Position numbers and translations under genes: made by a program
Part shown: positions 10,801 to 21,193 of the stretch, piece after piece
Position numbering within the stretch: position 1 is the first letter of the stretch
How the letters are laid out: the number at the start of each line of letters is the position of its first letter
NCBI GenBank assembly: GCA_019058245.1
Contig: JAHPZJ010000013.1
Span: 297,166 to 361,165, forward strand
Origin: Promethearchaeota archaeon
Lineage (GTDB): Archaea > Asgardarchaeota > Lokiarchaeia > Sigyniarchaeales > SOKP01
DNA: 64,000 bases
Reading direction: 5' to 3'
The notes under the pieces: generated by a model
Told to the model about the DNA's origin: nothing
The model's input: only the letters and a program-made list of their open reading frames with translations
The model's database searches: none

Positions 10801-12076
10801 AATTTGAGTAAGAAACCCAAGCTCCACTCATTATACCTACTGAGATATTTATATTTTGATTATTAATTGGATTGTTAAATATATTCGAATTATTTATCCA
10901 TAAAAGAAGATTTATTTTACCACTATAATGCCATTGATTTCTTCCCTTATCAACAACATCTTTTAAACCAATTGTATATACTTCCTTGTTATTTATTGCA
11001 AAATAAATGTAATTTCCATTAGATTCCATAGCATATTCAGCATAATATGCAAAATTAATTTCAGCATCAACCACTTTACCTCTTGGAATTGTAATATTTT
11101 GATAGATTTCAGAATAATCATCTTCAAAATAAACAGCTCTAAAAGGATAATCAGGATCATCATATCTATATGGAGTAGAATATAATGAGGTATACATAGC
11201 AGTATTATTTCCAATCCAACCAGATCCATAATTATCAGTATCTATATTTGTATTGTTCCCCCAATAATCTAAATTATCTAAAAATCCTGAGCTTGTATTA
11301 ACAAATTCATAACGATCTATATCATATCCATAGTCAGTAGTATCACTACTAGAACCAATAGTTATATTTATTCCATCACCTAGAATCCAAGGAGAAAAGA
11401 AATCATCTTTATCACCTGTATCACAATAACATAATTTATCATATTTATTCCAAATGAAAACACAATCATAAAAATCTTCAAACCTAATCCTTTCAAAATG
11501 AACTCTTATAGCTAAAGCTCCAGGAAGATATAATTTAGAATGAATGTTGTTAGAATCGGTGGGATCTTCATCTAATCCATTATCGTAATTATGGTAGGGA
11601 TATCCAGGAGGATCTTTATTATATAAATCAACATCCTCACTAAATACAGTAGCATTATGAATAAATCCGCTATTATTCACCCATTCTCGAGTATCTTGAA
11701 TATTATTTAGAGAGGTTTCAATTCTTGATACGTTCCAGTCATGTTCTTCATCTAAATAATAGGTTACACTTGTTTCTTCGTTATTAGATAATGATACTTC
11801 TTGATTTGTTTTATATAAATTACCATTATCTGTTATATTTAAAGCAGACTGTATTCCTTCGAATAAAATTGAATCACCATTAGCAGATTCCAGATTTTGA
11901 CTAAAATTATCGAGATCCTTATCAGTATTATTAAAATTAGTATTAACATGCAATATATGGTTGAAAAATATCAAATTTATTAAAAAAGTTAAAAAGATGA
12001 TAAACGAGATTAAAACTATTTTCTGTTTCCTTTTTTTAAATATTATTGATTCTATATTTTTTTGCATAATAAACAA
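7847..12076 (-). CDS. Large receptor-like surface protein: N-terminal TM/signal, CUB-like and Ig-like extracellular region, TM helix, cytoplasmic longin-like domain and C-terminal wHTH-like segment
   Basis: CUB-like 'IRVHFERIRFEDFYDCVFIWN...SPWILGDGINI..SS.DTTDYGY'; many N-x-S/T sequons; TM 'YLLWSIIGILISIVGVLGALSY'; longin 'AIVVIHRLSGIPIYSQ...ELFSGFIQAITMIGEE'. Confidence 0.7.
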   Translation of the reverse strand: MFIMQKNIESIIFKKRKQKIVLISFIIFLTFLINLIFFNHILHVNTNFNNTDKDLDNFSQNLESANGDSILFEGIQSALNITDNGNLYKTNQEVSLSNNEETSVTYYLDEEHDWNVSRIETSLNNIQDTREWVNNSGFIHNATVFSEDVDLYNKDPPGYPYHNYDNGLDEDPTDSNNIHSKLYLPGALAIRVHFERIRFEDFYDCVFIWNKYDKLCYCDTGDKDDFFSPWILGDGINITIGSSSDTTDYGYDIDRYEFVNTSSGFLDNLDYWGNNTNIDTDNYGSGWIGNNTAMYTSLYSTPYRYDDPDYPFRAVYFEDDYSEIYQNITIPRGKVVDAEINFAYYAEYAMESNGNYIYFAINNKEVYTIGLKDVVDKGRNQWHYSGKINLLLWINNSNIFNNPINNQNINISVGIMSGAWVSYSNYLDAFQQVIWFDNVSFTLTTIANSTQEGIDLVVKTLSYEENIIDGNEWGTGSLNLEGMWDSNPIILTFNTTSPNLSFMLNTSLFGYHRTSTKINQLNDEGINYKILKNGSIYWEFYHNLYMPSQYTDFEFEIFKPSNWRILEALDPTLQSRSFDGGEIGDEFLKINMDNAIFPGWWSFKATSPNYLNSSNIKLIKQGQWVSNANFTTGESTNISAQLDYKGMIPSNTSEINLIVYHPNGTIFFTESKFPSNGNVTFSQITFNSFNAIGGSYEYTLFWSNGTALGGLNSSFIVKHNSTLLLLKPNDAKLDLITEGLVGDIIPIRIFLKDAENNLSISDSLISYNWTDGTRYFDESALGIYETVLDTSDLLSRGLYNIVINSSKLGFFICNLTLEINLGEETNLQVLESDYNIELHANSTIIFKLTDFDGDPIDGALVDISIANPSLYTIKNPEDGVYNIEFSTVFINAIGIYQLSINFSAIAYEPQYYTYQFQIIQQSVNLSAYINYQQIYENAPIGTTFNEALNISARAISNIDEEFLSDGSITYISENYEKRLSENLDYWYNASIIFSPENFSLGINLVYLKFEHPNYRTATFGFQILINQIEINIDPVNFQDSINAEVGETITIQIRLLDPKTNASIENASMTYKWKYGLGTLNETSIGFYQAQVELPEGLNGTYTFDLIITPDGSTYETTQTSFVVVISEPIVDKPENPNYLLWSIIGILISIVGVLGALSYRTYFYMPKKRKIEAKLIAKTQRFKDIKNVQAIVVIHRLSGIPIYSQSYSILEKHKKELFSGFIQAITMIGEEFAEKDGIDGESTDKQKGYGVEKMMELDFKQFYCLIADIEDLRVVIILEERSSERLKEQLSHLILALNLKLSEELENWDGSLDKFQILIPEILNEYFELYYKDSFKLASNINLLTLKKDKNLSKMEMRVINVVQSISKDNIISNLNSIVDLVHEENKNLIIEAIESLIRQKIIIPLNN

Positions 12077-12319
12077 ACCCCTAATGAAAAGATATGCTTA
12101 GATATCTTTATGTAATAAAAATGAAGTTACATAAATTTAAATAATTGTAATGAAAAAATCTTGAAAAAAAATCTTATTTTAAAACCTTGATAAAAATTGT
12201 AATTTTTTATAATTTTAAGAGAAAGAGAAATTTTAAAGAATTGAGATAAGTAACTCTTTAAATTTCAAATTCACTATATTTTACAAAAAACAAATCTAAA
12301 GTCGAAATTGATCGATTAT

Positions 12320-12634
12320 TTAATTAGGTAAGAATTCGTTTTTTAATTCTGAGATTAAAAGTTTTTTATCCTCATCTGATATTTTATTAATATTATTACC
12401 TTTATTTGTATATAAATCAGGAGGCTCATTTTCGAATAAGGAAAGGAGTACAATTAGGGCATTTGCAACGAATTTATAATTTTGAGTTTTTTTAAGTAAA
12501 TCCATTAGTTCTATAATTGATTTATTCTTCCAAATTTCTTGAGTTTCTGAATTAGCATTTTCTTTTTGAAAAAAATCTACAATTTTCAAATAAAACTCTA
12601 ATTCAAATTCATCGCTAATGTTAGTAATTTTCAT
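12320..12634 (-). CDS. Hypothetical protein
   Basis: 104-aa ATG-initiated ORF in otherwise intergenic space. Confidence 0.55.
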   Translation of the reverse strand: MKITNISDEFELEFYLKIVDFFQKENANSETQEIWKNKSIIELMDLLKKTQNYKFVANALIVLLSLFENEPPDLYTNKGNNINKISDEDKKLLISELKNEFLPN

Positions 12635-13087
12635 CTTTTCTTAGTATTTCTTACCTTCTAACTATTTAAAGATAGAACTTATTTTTAAAGCCATTTATTT
12701 TATTAATTTTATGTGATGATATTCCGCACAAATGGATTAAGTATTTTATATTTATCCAACCCAATATAGCAAATATCTCAATTTTTTAAAGTTTATTATT
12801 TGTGTGTACAAAATTTTATAATATTTTAGTAATAAATTTACCACCTATTTTATTTATCAATATATTATATGAATATCATTCCAGATTAATAGAAAGAAGC
12901 AATAAATAGTGATGATATATTTGTTTTTTAAGCATACTTTAGGAAAAAAATTAGAGATAATATCAGCAAAATTTTTAATAATAATTTAGACGGGTATTAT
13001 TCTATTAATTCTGCTCTTACATAATTCTACTATAAAAATAGCTATATTAACTAAAGATTTTTAAAATAGAAAAATTATTTCTCCGTT

Positions 13088-13375
13088 CTATACTATTGGA
13101 GCTCTTATTTTTTTTTTAGATTTTTTTTTTTCAATATTATTCTCTTTATTCCTTAAATAGACTCCAAAGCAAATCAAAAAGGCTGCAAAGCATAAATAAC
13201 AAATCCAAAATATAAATCCTATTAATAAAAATGCTGGTCTTTCTATTTCTAATTTAAACATTACAAAAACTAAACCAATTAGCGCAATTATTGATGATAT
13301 TGCCCCACATATTAAATCAAAATAGATAGCTTGTCTTTCCTTTTTTGCTCGTTTTAGATGAGGCGCTAATGCCAT
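13088..13375 (-). CDS. Small two-TM membrane protein
   Basis: Two hydrophobic helices and a basic tail; immediately downstream of the aminotransferase. Confidence 0.6.
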   Translation of the reverse strand: MALAPHLKRAKKERQAIYFDLICGAISSIIALIGLVFVMFKLEIERPAFLLIGFIFWICYLCFAAFLICFGVYLRNKENNIEKKKSKKKIRAPIV

Positions 13376-13423
13376 ATAATTCCCTTGTTTAGAAAAATAA
13401 CCCTAATTTAAAGATTGAATGTT

Positions 13424-14632
13424 TTACTTTAGAAATTCTTCAAAATTGTTGTAGACTGTTTCTAAAATACCCTTATTTGGTAGAAAAGTAAGTCGTATAT
13501 GTTCTTTACCAAAATTTCCAAATCCTGAACCATACACTCCACAGATTCCTGTTTTTTTGAGTAGATCAATCGTAAATTCTTTATCATCTTTCCATTTTGT
13601 AAACTCACTGAAATCAATCTTAGGAAATATATAAAACGCTCCATTTGGTTTAACACAAGTAATACCTTCAATTTTCTTTAATCTATTATAAGAATAATCT
13701 CTTCTTTCTTTTAATTTATTGACCATTTCTTTAGTGTGTGTTCCCGGATTTTTCATTATTTTAATAGCGGCATATTGTGCTACAGAACTTGAAGATAACC
13801 TAGCACGAGCAAGTTTTGCAATCGAAGTTTTGAGATTATCTAATTTATTTTCAGGATCATGATAATACAAATATCCTAAACGCCAACCTGTGGCTAAATG
13901 TGCTTTTGAAAAACCATTTAATCCAATTATAGGAACATCCTTGGAAAGACTTGTTGAAGAAATAAATGGTTTATCATATGTAATTTGTTCATAAATTTCG
14001 TCGGATATTATTGGTAAATTATATTCTCCCGCCAAATTAATAATTTCTTTAATTTTATTTTCACTATACATACTACCTGTAGGATTATTTGGTGAACATA
14101 TTAAAATAGCCTTCGTTTTATCGTTAATTTTGCTTCGTAAATCGTCTATTTTTGGTTCCCAATTATTTGATTCGTCTAATTCATATTCTACTGGGATTCC
14201 ATCAAAAAATTTAGCGTAATTAATATAAAGAGGATAACTAGGGCCCGGTATTAATAATTCATTCCTATTTTCTAATATAGTAGCCAAAATAAAGAAAATA
14301 GCTTCTGTGACGCCTGTAGTAATTAAAATTTCTTCAGGATGAATCTCAATCTTATATTTTTTCTTTATGGATTCACTTAATTTTTCTCTAAGTTCCAAAA
14401 CACCTAAAGAATCTACATAATAATTTTTGCCTTCAAAAGATGCATCAGCTAAAGCCTGTGACATATACTTAGGCATTTTGAAATCGTAAAAAACAGGATC
14501 TCCAATATTTAAGTAATAAACTTTTTTTCCACTTTTAGCGACTTCATTTGCTACTGCTGCTATTTCACGGATAGCATACGAAATTTCTTTAACTCTTTTC
14601 GAAACCATAATACTCTTATTATTATTATCCAT
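13424..14632 (-). CDS. PLP-dependent aminotransferase class I/II (alanine aminotransferase-like)
   Basis: LNIGDP, SPNNPTG, SDEIYE, GFSKAHLATGWRLGY (PLP Lys). Confidence 0.9.
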   Translation of the reverse strand: MDNNNKSIMVSKRVKEISYAIREIAAVANEVAKSGKKVYYLNIGDPVFYDFKMPKYMSQALADASFEGKNYYVDSLGVLELREKLSESIKKKYKIEIHPEEILITTGVTEAIFFILATILENRNELLIPGPSYPLYINYAKFFDGIPVEYELDESNNWEPKIDDLRSKINDKTKAILICSPNNPTGSMYSENKIKEIINLAGEYNLPIISDEIYEQITYDKPFISSTSLSKDVPIIGLNGFSKAHLATGWRLGYLYYHDPENKLDNLKTSIAKLARARLSSSSVAQYAAIKIMKNPGTHTKEMVNKLKERRDYSYNRLKKIEGITCVKPNGAFYIFPKIDFSEFTKWKDDKEFTIDLLKKTGICGVYGSGFGNFGKEHIRLTFLPNKGILETVYNNFEEFLK

Positions 14633-14884
14633 AATTAATATGAGTTAAAATAATCTTTTCTCGATGCATATTTTAATTCTTATTAAAATTCATAATTTAA
14701 TAAGTTTTCATAAATAACACTAATCTTAAGATCTATTCAATAAATACTTCAGAATAATTCGTTTGAATTTATCATTAAAGAATGAATAATATATTTTAAG
14801 CAAAATTAAATAAAGATTTATATATTTTGTTCATAAAATAAGATATAACATCTAAAAAAAAATTATAAAACCGATGTGTAAAAG

Positions 14885-15169
14885 ATGAGTTCTGGTTTTG
14901 GTATCGCAAGTCTATTATTAGGTATAGGTGGAATAGCAGTACTATTAGTTCACATGTTCCTTCTATTTATTCCTTTTGGGACTTTTATTTTTTTAATTTT
15001 AGCAATCTTTGCAATTATCTTTGGTATAATTGGAATTGTAAAGGATGATTCAAAAGCTCCGGGAGTTATAGGATTGATACTTGGAATTGCAGGGGTAGTA
15101 CTTTATATAGTAATTGTTGTTCTCGCTGTAGCCATTTTCGTTAACTTTATGAATTCGCTGAGTCCCTAG
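14885..15169 (+). CDS. Small three-TM membrane protein (DUF4190-like), tandem paralog 1
   Basis: GFGIASLLLGI...FAIIFGIIGIVKDDSKAPGVIGLILGI. Confidence 0.75.
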   Translation: MSSGFGIASLLLGIGGIAVLLVHMFLLFIPFGTFIFLILAIFAIIFGIIGIVKDDSKAPGVIGLILGIAGVVLYIVIVVLAVAIFVNFMNSLSP

Positions 15170-15351
15170 AAAAATTAAATTTTTATTTTTTAATTATAAA
15201 TCTTCTTTTTTTTTAAAATCTAATAAATAGCAAAGTAAAAAGTAAACTATAAAAGTAAATCTTACTCCATTTCCTTAATAATTTTTAAAAACTTGATAAA
15301 TTATTATTCTCATAAAAATAAAATTTATATAACTAAAAAAGAGTGTAAAAA

Positions 15352-15633
15352 ATGGGTAGTGGTTTCGGTATTGTAAGTCTTATTCTTAGCATAATTGGAA
15401 TTGGAACACTATTCCTAAGGTTTATCTTTTTCAATTTTTTCTTTATTGGTCCAGCAGGAATAGTTTTTTTTGTTCTTGCAATTATATTTGGAATAATCGG
15501 AATTGCAAAAGATGATTCAAAAGCCCCTGGTATTATAGGATTGATCATAGGAATTGTTGGGGCAATTATTTGGGTGGTTGGATTTTTTTTCATAAGGCTT
15601 ATCAGAGAAATAATAGACCAATTGAGTCCTTAA
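15352..15633 (+). CDS. Small three-TM membrane protein (DUF4190-like), tandem paralog 2
   Basis: GFGIVSLILSI...LAIIFGIIGIAKDDSKAPGIIGLIIGI; both copies end in LSP. Confidence 0.75.
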   Translation: MGSGFGIVSLILSIIGIGTLFLRFIFFNFFFIGPAGIVFFVLAIIFGIIGIAKDDSKAPGIIGLIIGIVGAIIWVVGFFFIRLIREIIDQLSP

Positions 15634-15709
15634 AATTAATTGTTCAGATCTTTTATGTCTTAAATTTTTTATTTTTTTAATCCAATAATTTAGTATTAAA
15701 TAGATTATA

Positions 15710-16771
15710 TTATAATAATAAATCCCAATCAATATCTTTTTCAATTAATTGCAAAACTTTTTCCATTTCATCTTTTTGAATACCAGGTTTTAGTCGTTCT
15801 AAATTTCTCATAGTGGTATAAGTATCAGAGGGACTTAAGATAATGGGAATACCTTTCTTATTGGCAGCAGTGATCACACCCATATCAGGCTGTATGAAGC
15901 CTGTTAGAATTAAAACAGAAACATCTTGAGCTAAAGCGGCCATAGCCAAATCACTTCTATCCCCTCCTGTAATAAAAGCTGCTCTTTTAACCTGTCTTAA
16001 ATATTTAAAAGCTGATTGTGCATTCATGGCACCTATAAGGAATGATTCTACAAGATTATTCAACCCTGACGAAGATTGTTCATTTATTAATTCTCCTCCA
16101 ATTTGTTCTTTTATTTCTTCCACTCTAGGGGAAAATAATTCTAAGCTCTTTTCTATAATTCCTAATACAGGAATATTATATTTATTAATATGTTCTTCTG
16201 TAAGTTCTTTAATTCTTGCTATATAATCAAAATTTATTTTGTTGAATAGAATACCCTTAATACTGACCTTGCGGAAATCATAATAATTCTTTGTAAAAAA
16301 TAAATTATCAATACATCTATCAGAGGATTCCGTTGAAACATAAATCAATTCATTAATTCCAAGAGTTTGTGCTATACTCACATCATCCAGTCCTACTCTA
16401 ATGAATTTTCTGATACTAGGATTACCCTCAATAATAATATAATCAACATCTTTGGAAATTTTTTCGTACGCTTTTTTTATCTTTTCCATAAATTCTTCTT
16501 TTTTACTAGAATCAACTAAATCAATATAATATGCGTCGGGAATCGATACAGGAGATATAAAATCATAGGGATATTCCGTTTTATAAATCGTATTTAAGAT
16601 AAAACCAACATCTGGATCAGCCTTATTTGTAAATGCACTTTTAGGAATCCCTATCGGTTTAAAATAAACAAAATTTTTTCTTTCTTTCTTTAATTTTTGA
16701 ATAAATCCTATAGAAAGAAAACTTTTCCCCGCATTTTCATGCAATGAACTGAAATAAAATATTTTAACCAT
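15710..16771 (-). CDS. Phosphotransacetylase N-terminal-like protein (BioD-like P-loop plus DRTGG domain)
   Basis: NAGKS, YFKPIG, IIIEG, 'ITGGDRSDL...LILTG'; lies next to acdAB. Confidence 0.85.
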   Translation of the reverse strand: MVKIFYFSSLHENAGKSFLSIGFIQKLKKERKNFVYFKPIGIPKSAFTNKADPDVGFILNTIYKTEYPYDFISPVSIPDAYYIDLVDSSKKEEFMEKIKKAYEKISKDVDYIIIEGNPSIRKFIRVGLDDVSIAQTLGINELIYVSTESSDRCIDNLFFTKNYYDFRKVSIKGILFNKINFDYIARIKELTEEHINKYNIPVLGIIEKSLELFSPRVEEIKEQIGGELINEQSSSGLNNLVESFLIGAMNAQSAFKYLRQVKRAAFITGGDRSDLAMAALAQDVSVLILTGFIQPDMGVITAANKKGIPIILSPSDTYTTMRNLERLKPGIQKDEMEKVLQLIEKDIDWDLLL

Positions 16772-16831
16772 TTTTTTCCCTTTTTCAATTCTTTTCTTAT
16801 TATTTTAATTTAAAATTATAATTGTTTCTTT

Positions 16832-18982
16832 TTATTTTTTTATTGTAATTTTAATATCTACAGCACTATAACCTTTCATAAATGATAGTAGAGGATTAAT
16901 ATCTAGTTCAACTATCTCTGGAAAATCTGTTATGAGCTGTGAAAGTCTAAGCATAACATCTATGACTGCTTCAATATCAGATGGAGGTTCACCTCTTACT
17001 CCTTGTAAAAGACTAAAAATTTTTGTATTTTCAATTTGTTGTTTAACGATTTCTCTTGTATATTTATATCCTAATGCAAATGATACATCCTTCATAAAAT
17101 TGGCATAAATTCCTCCCGTTCCAAACATTAATATATTTCCGAAACATGGATCCTGTGACATTCCAATTATTATCTCATTGATTTTTTCTTGGGATTTGAA
17201 ATCAATCATCTCTTGTATTTCTACCCCATAAATCTTTGCATTTTGGGGACCATATTTTTTAGCATTATTGACAATTTGTATATAGGCTTCGAATGCATCT
17301 TGTTCTGTTTCAATATTTAATAAAATACCGCCGACATCTGTTTTATGAATTATTTGCGGACTTACAATTTTCATTACAGTTTTTCCAATTTGAGATTGTA
17401 ATTTCATTGCTTTTCTTGGAGTTTGGGCTAACCTTGATTTTGGCGATTTTATCCCATAGCAATCAAAAATTTCGCTAGTTTCAAAGCTTAATAAAACCGT
17501 TCTATTATCATCTCTTACGTTATCAAATATTTCCTTTACCCTTGCTTTATTTACTTTAAAAGAGGGAACTTCCAACATCTCTAGTGGTATACTATTCAAA
17601 TAGATACGTCGTTTTATCAATGTTTTCAAAGAATGAGCAGCTCTATCTGGGAAATGATAACAAGGAATATGATTTCTTTTTAAATAATCTCTACCTTCAG
17701 AAATATTCTTTCCACCAATAAAAGAACAAACAATAGGTATATCTTTTAAATGAGTGGAAGATATCCTATAAATAAGTTCCGCAACTTCAGAGGGTTTTGT
17801 TTGAGCTTGAGGTGTTACTATTATTAAAGCTCCTTGGGTAGTTATTTCGCCCAAATCTTGATTAGAATTAATTCCAAATATAATTTTCATAGTAAATTCA
17901 TAACGATCTGGGGCAGCATCTCCAACAATATCAATTGGATTAAAAATTGCAGCTTCTAAAGGTAAATTTTCTCTTAGTAAGTGCAAAATTTCTTCTGAAA
18001 AGCTTGAAAACTTTAATCCTTCACGTTCAAATGCATCTGTAGCAACAATTCCAGGACCACCTGCATTAGTAATTATAGCAAAAGAATTTTTTTGAGGAAT
18101 TGGTTGGTAAAGAAAGATTTCTCCATAATCGAAAAGATCTTCTATAGTATTTGCTCTGATTACTCCACATTTTTCAAAAGCTAAATCATACGCTAGATCT
18201 GCTCCTGCTAATGCCCCTGTATGGCTGGATGCGGCTCTAGCTCCTGCTTCACTTACTCCAGATTTTAAAATTACAATTGGTTTTTTTCTTGTTGCCTTTG
18301 GTAAAACTTCTAAGAATCTATCTCCATCCTTAATACTCTCCAAATAACATAAAATAACTTTTGTATTGTCATCATCTGATAGATATTCTATAAAATCTAC
18401 AGCACCTAAATCTGCTTTATTACCTAGACTTATATTACATGAGAATCCAAATGCTTGTGTCATAGAATAATCCATCATCCCCGTAAGCATGGCTCCAGAT
18501 TGTGAAATCATAGCTATCTCCCCGTTTTTAGGTGTTTCTGCAGCAAATGAACCATTATAGTTGAGTCCAATAAATCCTAAGCAATTTGGACCCAAAATTC
18601 TCATATTATATTTCTTCCCAATTTTAATTAGTTCCTCTTCTCTTTTAACTCCTTCCCCGCCAATTTCTTTAAATCCTGCTGAAATGATGATTAATCCTTT
18701 TACACCTTTTTTTCCACACTCTTTAGCAGCTAAATTTACGAATTTACTTGGTATAACAAAAATAGCAACATCAATATCTTCATTAATGTCTAATACAGTT
18801 TTAAAGCATAGAAGTTCGCAGATTTTATTTGATTTAGGATTAATGGGAAAAATTTTTCCTTTATATCCTGAATTAATGATATTTAATAACACAGTATTCC
18901 CAACTTTTCCTTTAGTTCCACTAGCTCCTATTACAGCTATGCTTTTTGGATCGAAGAAAAAAGAGATATCGTTTTTAGCCAT
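16832..18982 (-). CDS. acdAB: ADP-forming acetyl-CoA synthetase, fused alpha/beta subunits
   Basis: PKSIAVIGAS, GPNCLG, SQSGA, SHTGALAG (phospho-His), NPIDIVGDA, KIVSPQIIHKTDVGG, ELDINPL. Confidence 0.92.
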   Translation of the reverse strand: MAKNDISFFFDPKSIAVIGASGTKGKVGNTVLLNIINSGYKGKIFPINPKSNKICELLCFKTVLDINEDIDVAIFVIPSKFVNLAAKECGKKGVKGLIIISAGFKEIGGEGVKREEELIKIGKKYNMRILGPNCLGFIGLNYNGSFAAETPKNGEIAMISQSGAMLTGMMDYSMTQAFGFSCNISLGNKADLGAVDFIEYLSDDDNTKVILCYLESIKDGDRFLEVLPKATRKKPIVILKSGVSEAGARAASSHTGALAGADLAYDLAFEKCGVIRANTIEDLFDYGEIFLYQPIPQKNSFAIITNAGGPGIVATDAFEREGLKFSSFSEEILHLLRENLPLEAAIFNPIDIVGDAAPDRYEFTMKIIFGINSNQDLGEITTQGALIIVTPQAQTKPSEVAELIYRISSTHLKDIPIVCSFIGGKNISEGRDYLKRNHIPCYHFPDRAAHSLKTLIKRRIYLNSIPLEMLEVPSFKVNKARVKEIFDNVRDDNRTVLLSFETSEIFDCYGIKSPKSRLAQTPRKAMKLQSQIGKTVMKIVSPQIIHKTDVGGILLNIETEQDAFEAYIQIVNNAKKYGPQNAKIYGVEIQEMIDFKSQEKINEIIIGMSQDPCFGNILMFGTGGIYANFMKDVSFALGYKYTREIVKQQIENTKIFSLLQGVRGEPPSDIEAVIDVMLRLSQLITDFPEIVELDINPLLSFMKGYSAVDIKITIKK

Positions 18983-19135
18983 TTTTGTATCTGATTTAAC
19001 TATAATCTAAAAAATTGTATATAAAAATTTATAATTGTAATTACTTTTAAAGTTTTCATTGATTAAAAATACATCTGAATCAAAGAAGTGGAAAAACATA
19101 ACTATTAAAAGGAAAGGAACTATTTTTCTTGTATA

Positions 19136-19612
19136 ATGACAAATATAGTTATTATTACTTCAAAAGGAAACATTAATTTAAGATTATTTGATAACGATGC
19201 CCCTAAGACCGTCGCTAGCTTTCTCTACTTAATAAACCAGAAATTTTATAACGGGATTGTTTTTCATCGTGTTATTACCGATTTTATGATACAAGTTGGC
19301 TGTCCTTTGGGACGGGGTACAGGCGGACCTAAGGATAAAGGAATTAATTCTTTTCCTTATCAAGGTCAACAAATTCCTTATCCTTTTGCGGATGAATTTC
19401 AGAGTGGAAGAATTTTTGATAAACCAGGCATTCTAGCTATGGCAAATGCAGGACCGAATACTAATGGCTCTCAAATCTTTATTACTCATGTACCAACACC
19501 ATGGTTAAATAATAAACATACGATTTTTGGAGAAGTAATAAGTGCAACAGATCAATCTGTAGTAGATACGATTGCCCAAGGAGATAAAATTCTTGAGATT
19601 AAGATAATTTAA
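19136..19612 (+). CDS. Cyclophilin-type peptidyl-prolyl cis-trans isomerase
   Basis: FHRVITDFMIQ, MANAGPNTNGSQIFITH, WLNNKHTIFG. Confidence 0.95.
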   Translation: MTNIVIITSKGNINLRLFDNDAPKTVASFLYLINQKFYNGIVFHRVITDFMIQVGCPLGRGTGGPKDKGINSFPYQGQQIPYPFADEFQSGRIFDKPGILAMANAGPNTNGSQIFITHVPTPWLNNKHTIFGEVISATDQSVVDTIAQGDKILEIKII

Positions 19613-19815
19613 AAAATTTAATCTTATTTTTTGGATAACTTGTTTTTTTCTTTTAACTTAAACTAATTCCAATCATAATTAAAAAATGCTTGAAATGAAA
19701 TTTAATTCATATTAAATCTATTAAGAAGACTAAAAATTTATAGATATGAACTTTATTAATAAGTTAGAAGCATCAATAATTTCTTGATTAAATCACTTGA
19801 TTGGATAATTAGAAC

Positions 19816-21096
19816 ATGAATAAAAATTTTATAGATAAAATTAATACGATTGAAAAAGAATCCAAATCAATTTCTGAATTAGAAGAAAAAATTCAGTCTT
19901 TAGAGGAAGAAATAAAGCGTCAGAGATTTACTATAAAAGAACAAAAACTATTAATAGAAAATCTACAAAATCAAATCAAAAATGATGAAGTGGAAAAAGC
20001 AGAATTACCGAGTGAAATAGATATATTAAAAGAGATTATCACTTCACAAAGACGAGATTTAGATAAAAAAACTAAAAAGCTTGAAAAACTAAATGATAAG
20101 TTATTTGAACTAAATTCGGGATTAGAAAGTGAGGAAAATTTAAAAACGCAATATGGAGAATCTGATGAATTTCTTGAAACTCAAAAATTAATTTCCCAAT
20201 TAACTGTTGAAAATGAAAATCAAAAGAATCAAATAGAGGATTTAAAAGCTCAAATAGATGAAATACAATCAGAAAAGAGTATTATTAAGGAAAGAATGGA
20301 AAAAGAAACTGCAGCTAAAATAAATGATGAGATAGCGAATTTTAAAAGATTAAACTTCGAATTAATGGAAGAAAATGGGACATTACGAAGAGAAATTGAA
20401 TCATTAAAAAATAAATTGAATTTACAAACAGAAGTAATAACTTCAGAAGAATTAACATTAGCAAATAATAAAATTAATATTCTCACATCAGAAATAGAAG
20501 ATCTTGAAGCTCAGATTAAATATCTTCAAGAAAATCAGAAAAAACCAGATGAGCCTGTAATAGTCTCAACTGAAGATGCATTAGAATTTACGAAATTAAG
20601 AGATAATTTTGACATTACTAAAGCAGAATTATTAAAAGAACAAAATGAAAATCAAAATCTAAGAGAAATCATAAATCAATTAAAAAAGGATATGATAAAA
20701 TATCGACAAAAAACTGAAATCAAATTACCTGAGGTTAAAAATCTCTCAAAACGTATGAAACAATCTCTATTTTTTAGAATGTATGAATTTTTGGATGAAT
20801 ACAATAGACATAAAGTAATTAATTATCTTATTCAAGATTTAAAGACAGGTAATTATCAAGTTAAGAGAAATTCTATAAAAATATTAAGTGTTCTGAAAAA
20901 TAAAAGAATTTATGATACCTTTTTAAAAATGATAAATGATAAAGATTGGATAGTAAGATATTGTATCATTAAAGCACTAAGTACATTTGAAGATAAAAAT
21001 AATGAGTTAAAACTGATTTTCCAAGGCTTTTTAAATGATGCTGATGTCGATGTGAGAGAACTCGCAATAAAAATTTTGAAAGAATTTCCTAAATAA
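19816..21096 (+). CDS. Long coiled-coil protein with C-terminal HEAT repeats
   Basis: About 300 aa of E/K/L/Q-rich heptads; 'DKDWIVRYCIIKAL' and 'DADVDVRELAIKIL' HEAT motifs. Confidence 0.75.
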   Translation: MNKNFIDKINTIEKESKSISELEEKIQSLEEEIKRQRFTIKEQKLLIENLQNQIKNDEVEKAELPSEIDILKEIITSQRRDLDKKTKKLEKLNDKLFELNSGLESEENLKTQYGESDEFLETQKLISQLTVENENQKNQIEDLKAQIDEIQSEKSIIKERMEKETAAKINDEIANFKRLNFELMEENGTLRREIESLKNKLNLQTEVITSEELTLANNKINILTSEIEDLEAQIKYLQENQKKPDEPVIVSTEDALEFTKLRDNFDITKAELLKEQNENQNLREIINQLKKDMIKYRQKTEIKLPEVKNLSKRMKQSLFFRMYEFLDEYNRHKVINYLIQDLKTGNYQVKRNSIKILSVLKNKRIYDTFLKMINDKDWIVRYCIIKALSTFEDKNNELKLIFQGFLNDADVDVRELAIKILKEFPK

Positions 21097-21193
21097 TGTC
21101 TTTAGTTGACAGATTTGTAATATAGTAATAGTGGTATTCATAAAAAATAATACTTTAATCTAATTAAAGGCTTTAACAAATGGATAATCAATT

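Noticed and set aside
12635-13087. Possible gene remnant in a 450-bp gap
   Set aside because: Only short interrupted frames with no recognisable family motif
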